Assembly: GCA_965231105.1 (NCBI GenBank)
Contig: OZ246417.1
Coordinates: forward strand, 320,908-384,907
DNA: 64,000 bases
Source of the DNA: an uncultured Candidatus Saccharibacteria bacterium
GTDB lineage: Bacteria > Patescibacteriota > Saccharimonadia > Saccharimonadales > JACDBH01
Direction of reading: 5' to 3'
Positions within the stretch are counted from its first letter, which is position 1. Every line of letters begins with the position of its first letter. Shown here in pieces: positions 29,400 to 39,100 of this stretch. Below the pieces are notes generated by a model that was given only the letters and a program-made list of their open reading frames with translations, was not told where the DNA came from and ran no database searches. The position numbers were made by a program, and so were the translations under genes.

Positions 29400-30337
29400 A
29401 GATGGCCTTCAAGATGTTCGCGGATTTTTAGCGCTGCAGTTGCGCCCTCACCGACTGCCGTAGCAATCTGCATGGTCGCGCCCGAACGACAGTCGCCCAC
29501 AACATATACGCCTGGCATATTCGTTTCAAGGTTTTCAGTACTCTTTATAAGGCCAATCTCATCGACCTCAATACCACTTGCAATAGCAAAGTCTGTATTA
29601 GGTTTTAAGCCCACAAAAACAAAGACACCGTCGGTTTCAAATTCTACCTTCTTTCCAGAAGCTTTATCGGTACCAATGACTTTTGTGAGCTTACCATCTT
29701 CACCGACAATTTCATCGGTGGTTGTATTCTTATGAATCGTGATCTTATCTTTGTGCTTCGTCTCTAGTTCGTGCACCAAGACATCTGACGCTCGGAAGTC
29801 TGAGCGCACAAGCATATCGATGTGAGTTGCAAAGCGGGTTAAGAACATGGCTTCTTGTGCAGCAGAGTTCCCCCCGCCCACAACAACTAGTCGCTTATCT
29901 CGATAAAAGGCCCCATCACAAGTTGCGCAGTAATGTACCCCCTTGGCATAGTATTCCTCTTCGCCAGGTACGCCAATTTTCTTATATCCACTGCCGGTTG
30001 CTATAAGAACCATTTTGGCATAGACATCGCCATCTGTTGTTTCGAGTTTCTTGCGCTCACCCTCATCAACGATTTTCATGACCTCACCAAGTTCAATTAC
30101 TGCCCCAAAGCGCTCGGCCTGCTTACGCATAGCTTCGCCCAATTCAAGTCCTGCTATACCATCTGCAAAGCCAGGATAATTGTCTACCCAGTCAGTTGTC
30201 GCAATAAGGCCACCTGGTACCGCTTTCTCGTATAGGAGTGTTTCGATGTCTTCGCGAGTTGTATAGATAGCCGCGCTTAATGCCGCAGGTCCTGCCCCGA
30301 CAATTACGAGATCATGTACTTTCACTGCATCAGCCAT
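29396..30337 (-). CDS. trxB: Thioredoxin-disulfide reductase
   Basis: GAGPAALSAAIY FAD motif, redox-active CATCDG, GGGNSAAQEA NADPH motif. Confidence 0.92.
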   Translation of the reverse strand: MADAVKVHDLVIVGAGPAALSAAIYTTREDIETLLYEKAVPGGLIATTDWVDNYPGFADGIAGLELGEAMRKQAERFGAVIELGEVMKIVDEGERKKLETTDGDVYAKMVLIATGSGYKKIGVPGEEEYYAKGVHYCATCDGAFYRDKRLVVVGGGNSAAQEAMFLTRFATHIDMLVRSDFRASDVLVHELETKHKDKITIHKNTTTDEIVGEDGKLTKVIGTDKASGKKVEFETDGVFVFVGLKPNTDFAIASGIEVDEIGLIKSTENLETNMPGVYVVGDCRSGATMQIATAVGEGATAALKIREHLEGHL

Positions 30338-30401
30338 AGCTATACTAAAACTCCTTATGTCCCCGATATAGTACGTGGTTTGTGTGATTCAGGCCAGTTT
30401 T

Positions 30402-30650
30402 TTAGGCTATTGCGGGAGCCAGTTTTGAAAGATTGAATCCTACAACCACTTCGCGTGAGTCGTCTTCTTTCGTTACGACCGTCACTGGTACCGTAAGAGC
30501 ACCACTTAATTCAAAAGCCTCTTTTTGGCGTTCGGGATTATGGTCAAGATTCACCACTTCATAATCAAGCGACTTTTTGTCTAAAAACTTCTTCACCATG
30601 ACGCAGTAGGCGCATGTATTGGTGGTATAGATAGTGATGTTCTTTGGCAT
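30402..30650 (-). CDS. Glutaredoxin-like protein (NrdH/Grx family)
   Basis: 82 aa. ITIYTTNTCAYC redox motif, TVPVTVV. Confidence 0.8.
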   Translation of the reverse strand: MPKNITIYTTNTCAYCVMVKKFLDKKSLDYEVVNLDHNPERQKEAFELSGALTVPVTVVTKEDDSREVVVGFNLSKLAPAIA

Positions 30651-30685
30651 ATTTTTTATCCCTTTTTTATTAGAGGTTTATACCC

Positions 30686-30713
30686 ATTATATAGCGCTCA
30701 TGTTTAAAAGCAA
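30686..30713 (-). promoter_or_regulatory. Candidate promoter of the glutaredoxin-like gene
   Basis: Minus strand TTGCTT (30708-30713), 16 nt spacer, TATAAT (30686-30691), ~35 nt upstream of the ATG. Confidence 0.5.
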
Positions 30714-30862
30714 TACACTACATGTTGTGGTATAAGCAGCGTTCTTATCTGTTAGACGCAAACCAAGAAGGCGCATCTAAAAGCTGTGTCCCTCCACGCT
30801 TTTATACGCCAGTATTATGCGTGCTGAGTTAGGCTTTTGCAAAGGTCAAAATCACTACAAAT

Positions 30863-31375
30863 TTACTGACCAATAGCAACAAGCTGGATATCAAAAACGA
30901 GATCAGAATTAGCCGGAATACCACTTTGTGCTTGCTCGCCGTATGCTAATGCCGCAGGAATGATGAGCCGTCTTGTACCGCCCGCTTTCATGCCAGGAAT
31001 ACCTTGCTGCCATCCAACAATGAGACCACTTAATGCGCTACTAAAAGGCTGGCCTCTGTCGAGTGAGCTTTGGAAAATAGTGCCGTCCTTAGCAAGTGCA
31101 CCAGTGTAATGGGCGGTGATAGTATCGCCCTCTTTAACCTCCGCACCCGTACCTTCAATAAGGTCGACTTTCTGCAAGGAATCAACCTTCTCAATTGGTG
31201 TAAAGTCTTTAAGTTTTGTACCCTCAAGCATGTTTGCTCTCCTCTCTTCTTCTTGTTGTATTTGAACTTTTTCCTGCGCACGCTGCTGCCTAACCTGCCA
31301 AACCACCAAAACACTAAATCCAACAGACGTTACCAAAAATAGAAGTGCCAGCATCAGTGTTCCGAACCGCTTCAT
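30863..31375 (-). CDS. FKBP-type peptidyl-prolyl cis-trans isomerase, membrane/signal anchored
   Basis: N-terminal TM helix. VKEGDTITAHYTGAL.KDGTIFQSS...GLIVGWQQGIPGMKAGGTRRLIIPAALAYG. Confidence 0.85.
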   Translation of the reverse strand: MKRFGTLMLALLFLVTSVGFSVLVVWQVRQQRAQEKVQIQQEEERRANMLEGTKLKDFTPIEKVDSLQKVDLIEGTGAEVKEGDTITAHYTGALAKDGTIFQSSLDRGQPFSSALSGLIVGWQQGIPGMKAGGTRRLIIPAALAYGEQAQSGIPANSDLVFDIQLVAIGQ

Positions 31376-31421
31376 GTATTCCTCTCCACGTTAAAAGACA
31401 ATTGATTTAAAAAGTATACCA

Positions 31422-31886
31422 TCAGCTCAAGCGCTGTGCATGTCGAGATGAGAATTGTCGAGGCGTGTCGGGAAAACCGTTTGTAAATGCTTCTATAAGT
31501 GCTTCTTTAAGTAAAGGTGATACAAACGGAATATCTGTGAGTTTTTCAATCGGAAACCAGAGTGGTTCGTAGGTATTTTTGCCCGGTGAAGTCCAAAAAG
31601 CCTCTTCGGAATCGGGTGATAAAAGTGGCTCTCCGCTCACAAAATCGCACATATAGACATGCTGCATGCCATATGGATCACCGGAATCCTCTAAATATAT
31701 TAATCGAGGACTTTGAACGGTGATTGAAGTCTCTTCTGCAACTTCTCGTATGGCGGCCGAAGCCGGGTCCTCACCTGGTTCAACCCTACCACCAGGTAGC
31801 GTGTAGTATTCTTTATCTATCTTTAATCGCTTTATAAGAAGAATGTTTTTATCTTTCAGAACAATTGCACGAGCTGCATTTCTCAT
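31422..31886 (-). CDS. NUDIX hydrolase
   Basis: Nudix box GGRVEPGEDPASAAIREVAEETS. The start is set at MRNAAR (31886, SD AAGAGG). The longer ORF to 31955 would overlap pheT by 50 nt. Confidence 0.8.
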   Translation of the reverse strand: MRNAARAIVLKDKNILLIKRLKIDKEYYTLPGGRVEPGEDPASAAIREVAEETSITVQSPRLIYLEDSGDPYGMQHVYMCDFVSGEPLLSPDSEEAFWTSPGKNTYEPLWFPIEKLTDIPFVSPLLKEALIEAFTNGFPDTPRQFSSRHAQRLS

Positions 31887-31905
31887 AGTACCTCTTAGTA
31901 TACCC

Positions 31906-34425
31906 CTATATACGCTCGGCTTTAAGTTTATCCGATAAGTCTGTCGCGAGTGCACTGAGCATCTTATTTACTTCCTCAGTGGTGAGCGTACGGGCAGGAT
32001 GTGAAAGCCACAGACGGAACGTAAAGCGCATTCTATCCGAATTCTCAGGTTTAAAAATATCACGTGTGGTGAGCGTCAAAATATATCCGTGTTCATCTGC
32101 GTAAGCAGAAGCACTATCTTGAACTGCTGAATATACTGCTGCAAATGTTATCTGAGCAGCGACTTCAAATGTTACATCCTGTTGCGTTTTGGGGAACTGA
32201 CTAATAGGCGTGTACGCCGTTTGATCAGAACTAATCTGAGACAAGTCTATTTCAAAACCGGCAGTAAAGGACGACAGCTTAAGTGCTTTCTGTATTTCAG
32301 GTTTAATTTCACCCACAAATCCTAAGAGCTTGCCCTTGTACTTTACGAAAGCAGATCTCGTGAGCTCAAAAGGGGCCAGCATTTGCTTCGCGACGTTTTC
32401 ATGCGGCTCATGATCTATAACTTCAAAGGTTAGCCCTTCAGGAATAAGATGCTCCAAGTATGCTCGAGCCTGATAGTACGCCGCACCTTCGTATTTTCGT
32501 GCCGCCGTTTTATCGTCAGCAGTAAAGACGAGTGCCAATGTCTCAAATTCTTCAGGAACCTTTTCTTCATTCACTGCGCCTTTAATGTGTGTTTTGCCAA
32601 TTTCAAAGATAGCAAACTCATTATCGTCGCTACGCACCATATCGCTGCGAATATTTGTCTGAACTTTATCGAGTAGGCTCGGCAAGACCGAGAGTCGATA
32701 ATACTGAAGGTCCGGGCTTATAGCATTACGAATATGGAAAGCTCTTTCAGGATCTTGGCCAACCTTCTTCATGAGGTCACCATGCACGAAGCTGTAGGCT
32801 AGAACTTCATTAGCCCCAACTCCCTTGAGGGTATAGCGTACATACATCTTAGTATCCATGGCCGTGTTCTTTTTTGCGGGTCTTGCTGTACGAATCGGCA
32901 AGTTTATAGGCAGCGTATCAAAGCCATGAAGGCGTCCTATTTCTTCAACAATATCTTCCGGCATTTCAATATCGGTACGCCAGAATGGAGGACGAACATG
33001 CAAGCGTGACTTATCGGCAGGTACAGACTTAATGGTAAACTCAACATTTTCGAGAAGTGTAGCGATTTCTTTAAGCGATAGCTTGCTTCCGAGCCGTTCA
33101 TTAATAAAGTCAGCGGTAACCACAACATCTGCCGGCTCCTCAAGCTTGCCATGAACGTCATGCACCAAGCTTGCCTGTGTAGCACCAGCCTGCTGGGCCA
33201 TCACTTCGAGGACATATGCAAGTATGCGGGGGTTCTGCAAAGGACTCTGGCCCTTTGTGTAGCGGGTTGACGCATCAGTAAATAAACCGTGACGCATGCT
33301 TGAGCGACGAATGGTATACATATCAAATGTCGCACATTCGATCACAATATTCTTGGTTGTCTCACTTACTTCCGTCTCATTGCCGCCCATAATACCGGCT
33401 AAGGCAACGGCTTTTTTATCGGTAGCGATCACGATATCGTCTTCAGTAAGGGTAATTTCCTTACCGCCTAGAAGCGTGATTTTCTCACCCTTCTTTGCGA
33501 GACGAGGTCCGAGATGTGAGCTCTCGAGTTTGTCGTAATCGAATGCATGCAGCGGTTGCCCGGTTAAATGCATAACGAAGTTGGTCACATCAACGACATT
33601 ATTGATAGGCTTAATGCCAACACGCATTAAGGATGCTTGGAGCCATACAGGGCTCTTTTTTATCTCGACATTTTTCATAGCTACCGCCATAAACCGCGGT
33701 ACTAATTTGCCAGCTTCGTTTTTAACGCTTAGCTTAATATCTGACTTAGTATCAAAATGTGGCTCCCTTAGATACCAATCTGGGCTCTTGAAGCTTAGTC
33801 TGCTAATACCTGCAAGCTCACGGGCAACACCCAAGTTTCCGAAACAATCCGGGCGATGCGTAAACATCTTATTTTCACAGTCGATAACAAAGTCATCGAG
33901 ACCAAAGTATTCAACAAATGGTTCACCTGGCTTTGGCGTACGGCCAACTTCATCCGGCACTATTTCTAGAATTCCGGTATGGTCATCATTGATACCAAGC
34001 TCTTTTGCACTTGCCAGCATCCCATTACTCACAACACTGCGTAATTCGCGGGCATCGAGAACAAATGGATCACTCGTGCCGTATGTTGAAGGTACGGTTA
34101 CGCCAGGAGCCAGCCATGCAACATACATACCGGCCCGCACGTTTGGTGCACCGCACACAACTTGCACAAGTCCCTTTTCGTTTCTCTTAACACCCTTGGT
34201 CTTGCCACCATCATCCACCATACATACATGCAAACGATCTGCATTAGGGTGATCTTCACACGACACAACCCTAACAACCACCACATTTTCAAACTGAGGT
34301 TTCCAATCAATAACTTCCTCAACCGCTCCAAGCTGTGCGCCAACTCGTTTTAAGAGTGTGTCGCGAGAGATCGATTTAAGATCAACGTTACTGTATTGCT
34401 GGGCAAGATTTAAGCTTACTTTCAT
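31906..34425 (-). CDS. pheT: Phenylalanine--tRNA ligase beta subunit
   Basis: 839 aa. N-terminal tRNA-binding OB domain (HPNADRLHVCMVDDG), B3/4, B5 and FDX-ACB regions colinear with PheT. Confidence 0.93.
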   Translation of the reverse strand: MKVSLNLAQQYSNVDLKSISRDTLLKRVGAQLGAVEEVIDWKPQFENVVVVRVVSCEDHPNADRLHVCMVDDGGKTKGVKRNEKGLVQVVCGAPNVRAGMYVAWLAPGVTVPSTYGTSDPFVLDARELRSVVSNGMLASAKELGINDDHTGILEIVPDEVGRTPKPGEPFVEYFGLDDFVIDCENKMFTHRPDCFGNLGVARELAGISRLSFKSPDWYLREPHFDTKSDIKLSVKNEAGKLVPRFMAVAMKNVEIKKSPVWLQASLMRVGIKPINNVVDVTNFVMHLTGQPLHAFDYDKLESSHLGPRLAKKGEKITLLGGKEITLTEDDIVIATDKKAVALAGIMGGNETEVSETTKNIVIECATFDMYTIRRSSMRHGLFTDASTRYTKGQSPLQNPRILAYVLEVMAQQAGATQASLVHDVHGKLEEPADVVVTADFINERLGSKLSLKEIATLLENVEFTIKSVPADKSRLHVRPPFWRTDIEMPEDIVEEIGRLHGFDTLPINLPIRTARPAKKNTAMDTKMYVRYTLKGVGANEVLAYSFVHGDLMKKVGQDPERAFHIRNAISPDLQYYRLSVLPSLLDKVQTNIRSDMVRSDDNEFAIFEIGKTHIKGAVNEEKVPEEFETLALVFTADDKTAARKYEGAAYYQARAYLEHLIPEGLTFEVIDHEPHENVAKQMLAPFELTRSAFVKYKGKLLGFVGEIKPEIQKALKLSSFTAGFEIDLSQISSDQTAYTPISQFPKTQQDVTFEVAAQITFAAVYSAVQDSASAYADEHGYILTLTTRDIFKPENSDRMRFTFRLWLSHPARTLTTEEVNKMLSALATDLSDKLKAERI

Positions 34426-35018
34426 ACAACCTTAACTTTCTGCTTTGGCTTAAGCCATACTGTTAGCGTCGGGAAAAAGAGCACTATACAAATAAGGAGA
34501 ATGTAGAGTGAAAAGCCATATTCTTCAAAACGCCAGCTCGTGATCGTAAGCATGGTGATAATCGAACTTATGATACCAAGCCCAAACACAGCGCTATTTT
34601 CCGTATCCGGATGCCTATAAATTTTATGGATGGTCGGTATTCCGGCAAATAGATCTGCTGCTATTGCAAAAATAATGGCCAAGATCCCTTCTCCTGTCAT
34701 AAACCAAAGTAAAAGACCCAACAAAGACAAAAGACCAAAAAAATAGTCGCTTCTTTTTAATCGCCAGTAAGCTTTTTTTGTCGCAAAAGATACGATAACA
34801 ATAAGAAGAGGCCCGAAGCCAGAAGCAAAGGCCTGAACAGATCTTAACCCTGCACCTTCCGATATCTGGGCCGCGAAAGCGATCATTGGCGCAAAAGCCC
34901 ATAAGAGCCAGGTCATTCTATTCGGTTTAACTTTGCCCTTAATGATCTCCTTAATATAAATAAAAGAACCTGCGAGTTGTATAAACATACCCAAAAAAAC
35001 AAAATTCTCATTTATCAT
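34422..35018 (-). CDS. Polytopic membrane protein (hypothetical) inserted between pheS and pheT
   Basis: 198 aa with about 6 hydrophobic helices. ATGA overlaps at both ends (35015-35018 with the pheS stop, 34422-34425 with the pheT start). Confidence 0.65.
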   Translation of the reverse strand: MINENFVFLGMFIQLAGSFIYIKEIIKGKVKPNRMTWLLWAFAPMIAFAAQISEGAGLRSVQAFASGFGPLLIVIVSFATKKAYWRLKRSDYFFGLLSLLGLLLWFMTGEGILAIIFAIAADLFAGIPTIHKIYRHPDTENSAVFGLGIISSIITMLTITSWRFEEYGFSLYILLICIVLFFPTLTVWLKPKQKVKVV

Positions 35019-36034
35019 ACAAACTGCCTTAGAAATTCTATTTTGGCGGATTCAAAGTGACGGATGTCCTCTATGCCATATTTCATAAGAACTAGTCGGT
35101 CGATACCGCAGCCCCATGCAAAGCCGGTGTATTCATTTGAATCAATCCCCGCTTGCTTAAGAACATTTGGATGAATCATGCCGCAGCCCATAAGCTCTAG
35201 CCACATGTCGGCCTCAGTATTACCTTTACGAAGAGCTTCGGGTCGTTCAATTGCGAATTCAAAACTTGGTTCAGTAAAAGGAAAATAAAATGGTTGAATC
35301 TTTGCTTTTAGCTCCTGTCCAAAGTACTCACTTAAGAATGCCTTTAACGTAGCGACAAGATGACCGACATTGGTGCCTTTATTTACATATACACCTTCAA
35401 ACTGATAAAACGTATGTTCGTGCGTAACATCAACATCCTCATTTCTAAAGACGCGCCCAGGAATTACTGCGGCAATCGGCTCGCCCTTTTCTAGATTCTT
35501 TTTATACTTCTTTAGCACACGGTTCTGCATGGTAGACGTGTGCGCAGGAGCAATCAGACCTTCATCTGTCATAAAGGTATCGTAATCATCGCGTGCTGGA
35601 TGACCTTCTGGAAAGTTCAAACTTCCAAACATATGAAAATCATCATCAATTTCCCGGGATTCAACAGCCGTAAAACCCATGCGATAAAAAATATCGACAA
35701 TATAGTTCATTTCCGTCATGAGCGGATGAATACTGCCGAGTTTTGGAGATAAGAATTGTGGGCGTTTGGTCGTATTAACATCAAAAGGCGCCGTTACATC
35801 GATAGGCTCAAGCACCTGTGCTTCTGCCTCCAAATCCTGCACTACACCTTCAAGTTCGGTTTTTAACTGATTAACTTCTTTACCAAATGAGCCCCGCTCT
35901 TCAGCCGGCAGTGATTTAATGCGTTCATATAAAGCCCGCAAGGCAGGATCGCGTAAAATCGCTTGTCCTTCTTTTTTGGCGCGCTCTTTTAGTTCTAATG
36001 CAACGTGAGCAATTTCCTCGTTTTTGTAAGTCAT
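35015..36034 (-). CDS. pheS: Phenylalanine--tRNA ligase alpha subunit
   Basis: Class II motifs (FRNEDVDVTHEHTFYQFEG, GFAWGCGIDRL). The start is set at MTYKNEE (36034). The ORF extension to 36208 is Cys/Ile-rich non-homologous sequence that overlaps the divergent gene. Confidence 0.93.
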   Translation of the reverse strand: MTYKNEEIAHVALELKERAKKEGQAILRDPALRALYERIKSLPAEERGSFGKEVNQLKTELEGVVQDLEAEAQVLEPIDVTAPFDVNTTKRPQFLSPKLGSIHPLMTEMNYIVDIFYRMGFTAVESREIDDDFHMFGSLNFPEGHPARDDYDTFMTDEGLIAPAHTSTMQNRVLKKYKKNLEKGEPIAAVIPGRVFRNEDVDVTHEHTFYQFEGVYVNKGTNVGHLVATLKAFLSEYFGQELKAKIQPFYFPFTEPSFEFAIERPEALRKGNTEADMWLELMGCGMIHPNVLKQAGIDSNEYTGFAWGCGIDRLVLMKYGIEDIRHFESAKIEFLRQFV

Positions 36035-36058
36035 CTTGAGAGTTATTATAATACAGAT

Positions 36059-36565
36059 ATGGCAATTGAACATCGTCCTCCTGCAGAATTCCACATCGCC
36101 TCGCATGACACACTCTATTTTGTAGCCGGCCCCATCCAAGGTGCTCCAGACTGGCAAAAGGAAGCGTTTTATCACATTGACAGCCTGGCACCTCGCACCG
36201 GTACTCATGTTGCTAACCCACGAAGAGAACTTATAGACATCGACTTTGACTACGACGAGCAGGTTTCTTGGGAAAAAAGGGGACTATGGCGAGCAGCCAA
36301 ACACGGCGGCATACTTGTCTGGCTGGCCGCGCAAGACCATTCCCTATCCTATAAAGAAGGTCGAGCATACGGGCAGACAACCCGCTTTGAATTTGCTCGT
36401 GCCATTGGATGGCGAGACTACGATCCTTTTGTGCATGTAAGTATAGGTATCGAACCCGGTTATGATGGCAGCGAAAGATACTATAGGCATGCAGCTGCTG
36501 AATCAGGTCTGCCGGTGCATTCCACCTTAGAAGAAGCATGTAATTATTTAGTACGAACTAGGTAA
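36059..36565 (+). CDS. Nucleoside 2-deoxyribosyltransferase-like protein (tentative)
   Basis: Start set at MAIEHRPP (36059). LYFVAGPIQGAPDWQ resembles the N-terminal nucleotide-binding strand-loop of the NDT-like/PF15891 family. This is recognition by eye only. Confidence 0.45.
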   Translation: MAIEHRPPAEFHIASHDTLYFVAGPIQGAPDWQKEAFYHIDSLAPRTGTHVANPRRELIDIDFDYDEQVSWEKRGLWRAAKHGGILVWLAAQDHSLSYKEGRAYGQTTRFEFARAIGWRDYDPFVHVSIGIEPGYDGSERYYRHAAAESGLPVHSTLEEACNYLVRTR

Positions 36566-36625
36566 TTGTGTTTTCACGGACACACATCAATGCAGACTTC
36601 TCCGTAAGCTCAAGTATCTTAAAAC

Positions 36626-36934
36626 CTACTTGCCCAGCGCTTTCACGTTTTTAGCTACAATAACTCCGCCCGCTACACACATAGCCAATTCCAGATCAGT
36701 AAGGAAGAGTGTGCCATCAACTGGATCAGGTGGACCGTCATTTGCGCCAAGTATTTCCGCAATAACATGCTTCTGATCGCCTATCCAATGGCCGATAGTT
36801 TCTATCCTACTTGAATCCCTACCGCGCAGGACATCGGCTTCCTGCATATTGTCCCAACCCCTAATTCCACCAGCGAACACCATTCCCACTCCAAGACCAG
36901 CAAAAAGTAAATTAGCAGCTTGATTTCGAGCCAT
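36626..36934 (-). CDS. Small membrane protein (hypothetical)
   Basis: Start chosen at MARNQAANLL (36934), 10 nt downstream of AAGGAGG. Two hydrophobic segments. Confidence 0.45.
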   Translation of the reverse strand: MARNQAANLLFAGLGVGMVFAGGIRGWDNMQEADVLRGRDSSRIETIGHWIGDQKHVIAEILGANDGPPDPVDGTLFLTDLELAMCVAGGVIVAKNVKALGK

Positions 36935-37028
36935 AATAAACATACCTCCTTTTTCCGACAATATACATCTGGTTATACGCCTATATAGGGAATGTGCAAT
37001 AGTTCGTTTTATATTTTACAATTACTAT

Positions 37029-37526
37029 ATGGGAACATTTTCATTCGATATTGTCAGCGACTATGACAAGGCTGAGATCAATAATGTTTTTGACCAATCT
37101 CAGCGAGAACTCGGTAATCGTTATGACTTCAAGAACACACCTGCTGCACTTGAGTGGCTCAATGATGAAAAAGCGGGACTCAAAGTTATTGGTAACAGTG
37201 ACTGGCAAATTGACGCCATTTTGGATATTGTGCGCAAAAAACTTGCTGCAAGAAACCAGAGCCAGAAAATTCTTGACACTTCAAAAGAACCAATCGTCTC
37301 TAACCTAAAAACAACAAAAGAAGTCCTGTTTAAGAAGGGTCTAGATCAGGACAAGACCAAAAAGATAACGGCACTGCTTCGTGAGAAGTTTCCAAAAGCT
37401 AAGACCCAGATTCAGGGACAAGAAGTTAGAGTTACGAGTGGAAGCAAAGATGAACTGCAGGCAGTCATGCAACTTTTACGTGCGCAAGATTTTGATTTTC
37501 CTCTGCAGTTCACAAATTTCCGCTAA
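37029..37526 (+). CDS. yajQ: YajQ family nucleotide-binding protein (UPF0234)
   Basis: SFDIVSDYDKAEINNVFDQSQRELGNRYDFK is the YajQ N-terminal signature. 165 aa. Confidence 0.85.
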   Translation: MGTFSFDIVSDYDKAEINNVFDQSQRELGNRYDFKNTPAALEWLNDEKAGLKVIGNSDWQIDAILDIVRKKLAARNQSQKILDTSKEPIVSNLKTTKEVLFKKGLDQDKTKKITALLREKFPKAKTQIQGQEVRVTSGSKDELQAVMQLLRAQDFDFPLQFTNFR

Positions 37527-37555
37527 GTTTTCCTTGTAGGTTATACTTAAGCGTA

Positions 37556-38902
37556 ATGGAAGATTACAGTACTGACGGACCAGTTCTGGCTGAGGTTGAT
37601 ATTCGTGAGCATTGTATAAACGTCTTGAAGGAAAATGATCGAGGGGATCATACGTCGCCTGCTCGCTTGTATCCGCACCAATGGTTGTGGGACAGTTGTT
37701 TTATAGGTATTGGTCTGCGTCATCTTGATCCGCAAAGAGCGGCACGCGAGGTATCAAGCCTTGTTCATGGTCAATGGGCCAACGGCATGATTCCGCACAT
37801 GATCTTCAATATGAAGCATGAGTATCGCTTGGAACGTGATACCTGGCGCAGCTGGCTGAGCCCCTTTGCCCCTGATAATCGCGCAACATCTGGCGTCACT
37901 CAGCCGCCCATGATCGCTGAAGCAGTCGTTAAGATCGGTCAGAAAATGAATAAAGTGGACCGCCGCGAGTTTTATCGGTACATGTATGAGCCTTTGGTTG
38001 CCTACCACGAATGGCTGTATGCCGAACGAGATCCTCATAAAGAAGGCCTGACACTACAAATCCATCCGTATGAAGTTGGTCTTGATAACACACCGCCGTG
38101 GGTTGAGCAGTTGTATGAGCACAACCATCCGTGGTGGGTTGATGTGATCGAAAAACTCCATTTAGATGGCATTATCAATCTTATCCGCCGGGATACACGC
38201 AGAGTTGCACCGGGCCAACGTATCAGTAACATGGAAGCACTTTTATTGTGGGACGTAGTTCGTCGTCTGCGTCGTAAGCGTTACGATATTGATAAGATCT
38301 TGCACCGTTCACTCTTTTGTACTGAAGATATCACCTTTAATAGTATCTTCGTGCGAGCTAATACGCAGTTAAGGGCTATCGCGGCGGCATTGCATCGTAA
38401 ACTACCGGACGAATTGCTCGCCAATATGAAACATACGGAAGAAGCACTTGAATCTCTCTATGATGAAGGTACAGGACAATACTATTCTCGAGATTTTATT
38501 ACGCATAAACTGCTACAACAACCTAGCATCGGAACATTTATGCCTCTCTATGCCGGCACCATTTCCAAAGAACGTGCTGCGCGCTTAGTTGAGCTTTTAA
38601 AAAACCACAAATCCTATTGGCTTCATCACCCTGTCCCGAGCGTCCCTTTGACTTCAACCTACTTCAGCGCCGAGAGATACTGGCAAGGTCCGAGCTGGGT
38701 TAACACCAACTGGCTCATTATTGAGGGACTTCATCGGTATAACTACGATGAACTAGCTGATGAGCTGCAAGACAGAACAGTTCGCATGGTTACTTCAGCC
38801 GGACCACACGAATACTTTTCACCAATCGACGGAAAGGGTTTAGGCGCCAATAACTTCAGCTGGACGGCTGCTCTCACTATCGACATGCTCGAAAAGTCCT
38901 AG
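37556..38902 (+). CDS. (alpha/alpha)6-barrel glycoside hydrolase, GH63/GH37-like (glucosyl/mannosylglycerate hydrolase-like)
   Basis: YPHQWLWDSCF near the N-terminus and YWQGPSWVNTNWL near the C-terminus are typical of this clan. 448 aa. Substrate unknown. Confidence 0.65.
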   Translation: MEDYSTDGPVLAEVDIREHCINVLKENDRGDHTSPARLYPHQWLWDSCFIGIGLRHLDPQRAAREVSSLVHGQWANGMIPHMIFNMKHEYRLERDTWRSWLSPFAPDNRATSGVTQPPMIAEAVVKIGQKMNKVDRREFYRYMYEPLVAYHEWLYAERDPHKEGLTLQIHPYEVGLDNTPPWVEQLYEHNHPWWVDVIEKLHLDGIINLIRRDTRRVAPGQRISNMEALLLWDVVRRLRRKRYDIDKILHRSLFCTEDITFNSIFVRANTQLRAIAAALHRKLPDELLANMKHTEEALESLYDEGTGQYYSRDFITHKLLQQPSIGTFMPLYAGTISKERAARLVELLKNHKSYWLHHPVPSVPLTSTYFSAERYWQGPSWVNTNWLIIEGLHRYNYDELADELQDRTVRMVTSAGPHEYFSPIDGKGLGANNFSWTAALTIDMLEKS

Positions 38903-39088
38903 CACTGTTTCGACACGTTCACCTGGACGCAAACCAGATATTCGATCGACAATACCAAATCCTCTAGGGATTAAGTGTCCTTGAGCAAGCGCCAGTACAA
39001 TTGCATCTGCTACATCTAACCGGTTCATCCACGCAACAACTTCAGGCGATTCTTCAATCACCTCAGGGAATATCTCTTTAATATCCAT
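38840..39088 (-). CDS. Hypothetical small protein (doubtful)
   Basis: 82 aa ORF starting 13 nt after the rmuC stop, but it overlaps the 3' end of the convergent GH gene by 63 nt. Weak SD. Confidence 0.3.
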   Translation of the reverse strand: MDIKEIFPEVIEESPEVVAWMNRLDVADAIVLALAQGHLIPRGFGIVDRISGLRPGERVETVLGLFEHVDSESSRPAEVIGA

Positions 39089-39100
39089 AATCCGTGCAGC

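Noticed and set aside
33581-34252. 223 aa plus-strand ORF in the track.
   Set aside because: It is antisense to pheT and has Ser/Leu/Thr-rich composition typical of a shadow ORF.
35015-35018. Checked for UGA recoding (code 25/4), as seen in some candidate phyla.
   Set aside because: TGA functions as a stop here (pheS ends ...CAG TTT GTA TGA), as do the ATGA/TGATG overlaps at 2098, 15342 and 15746. All housekeeping ORFs are full length under code 11.
36035-36208. N-terminal 58 aa extension of the pheS ORF, and the 36005 start of the divergent plus-strand ORF.
   Set aside because: The extensions overlap each other and carry no homology. The internal starts (36034 for pheS, 36059 for the plus gene) give canonical N-termini and a 24 nt divergent spacer.
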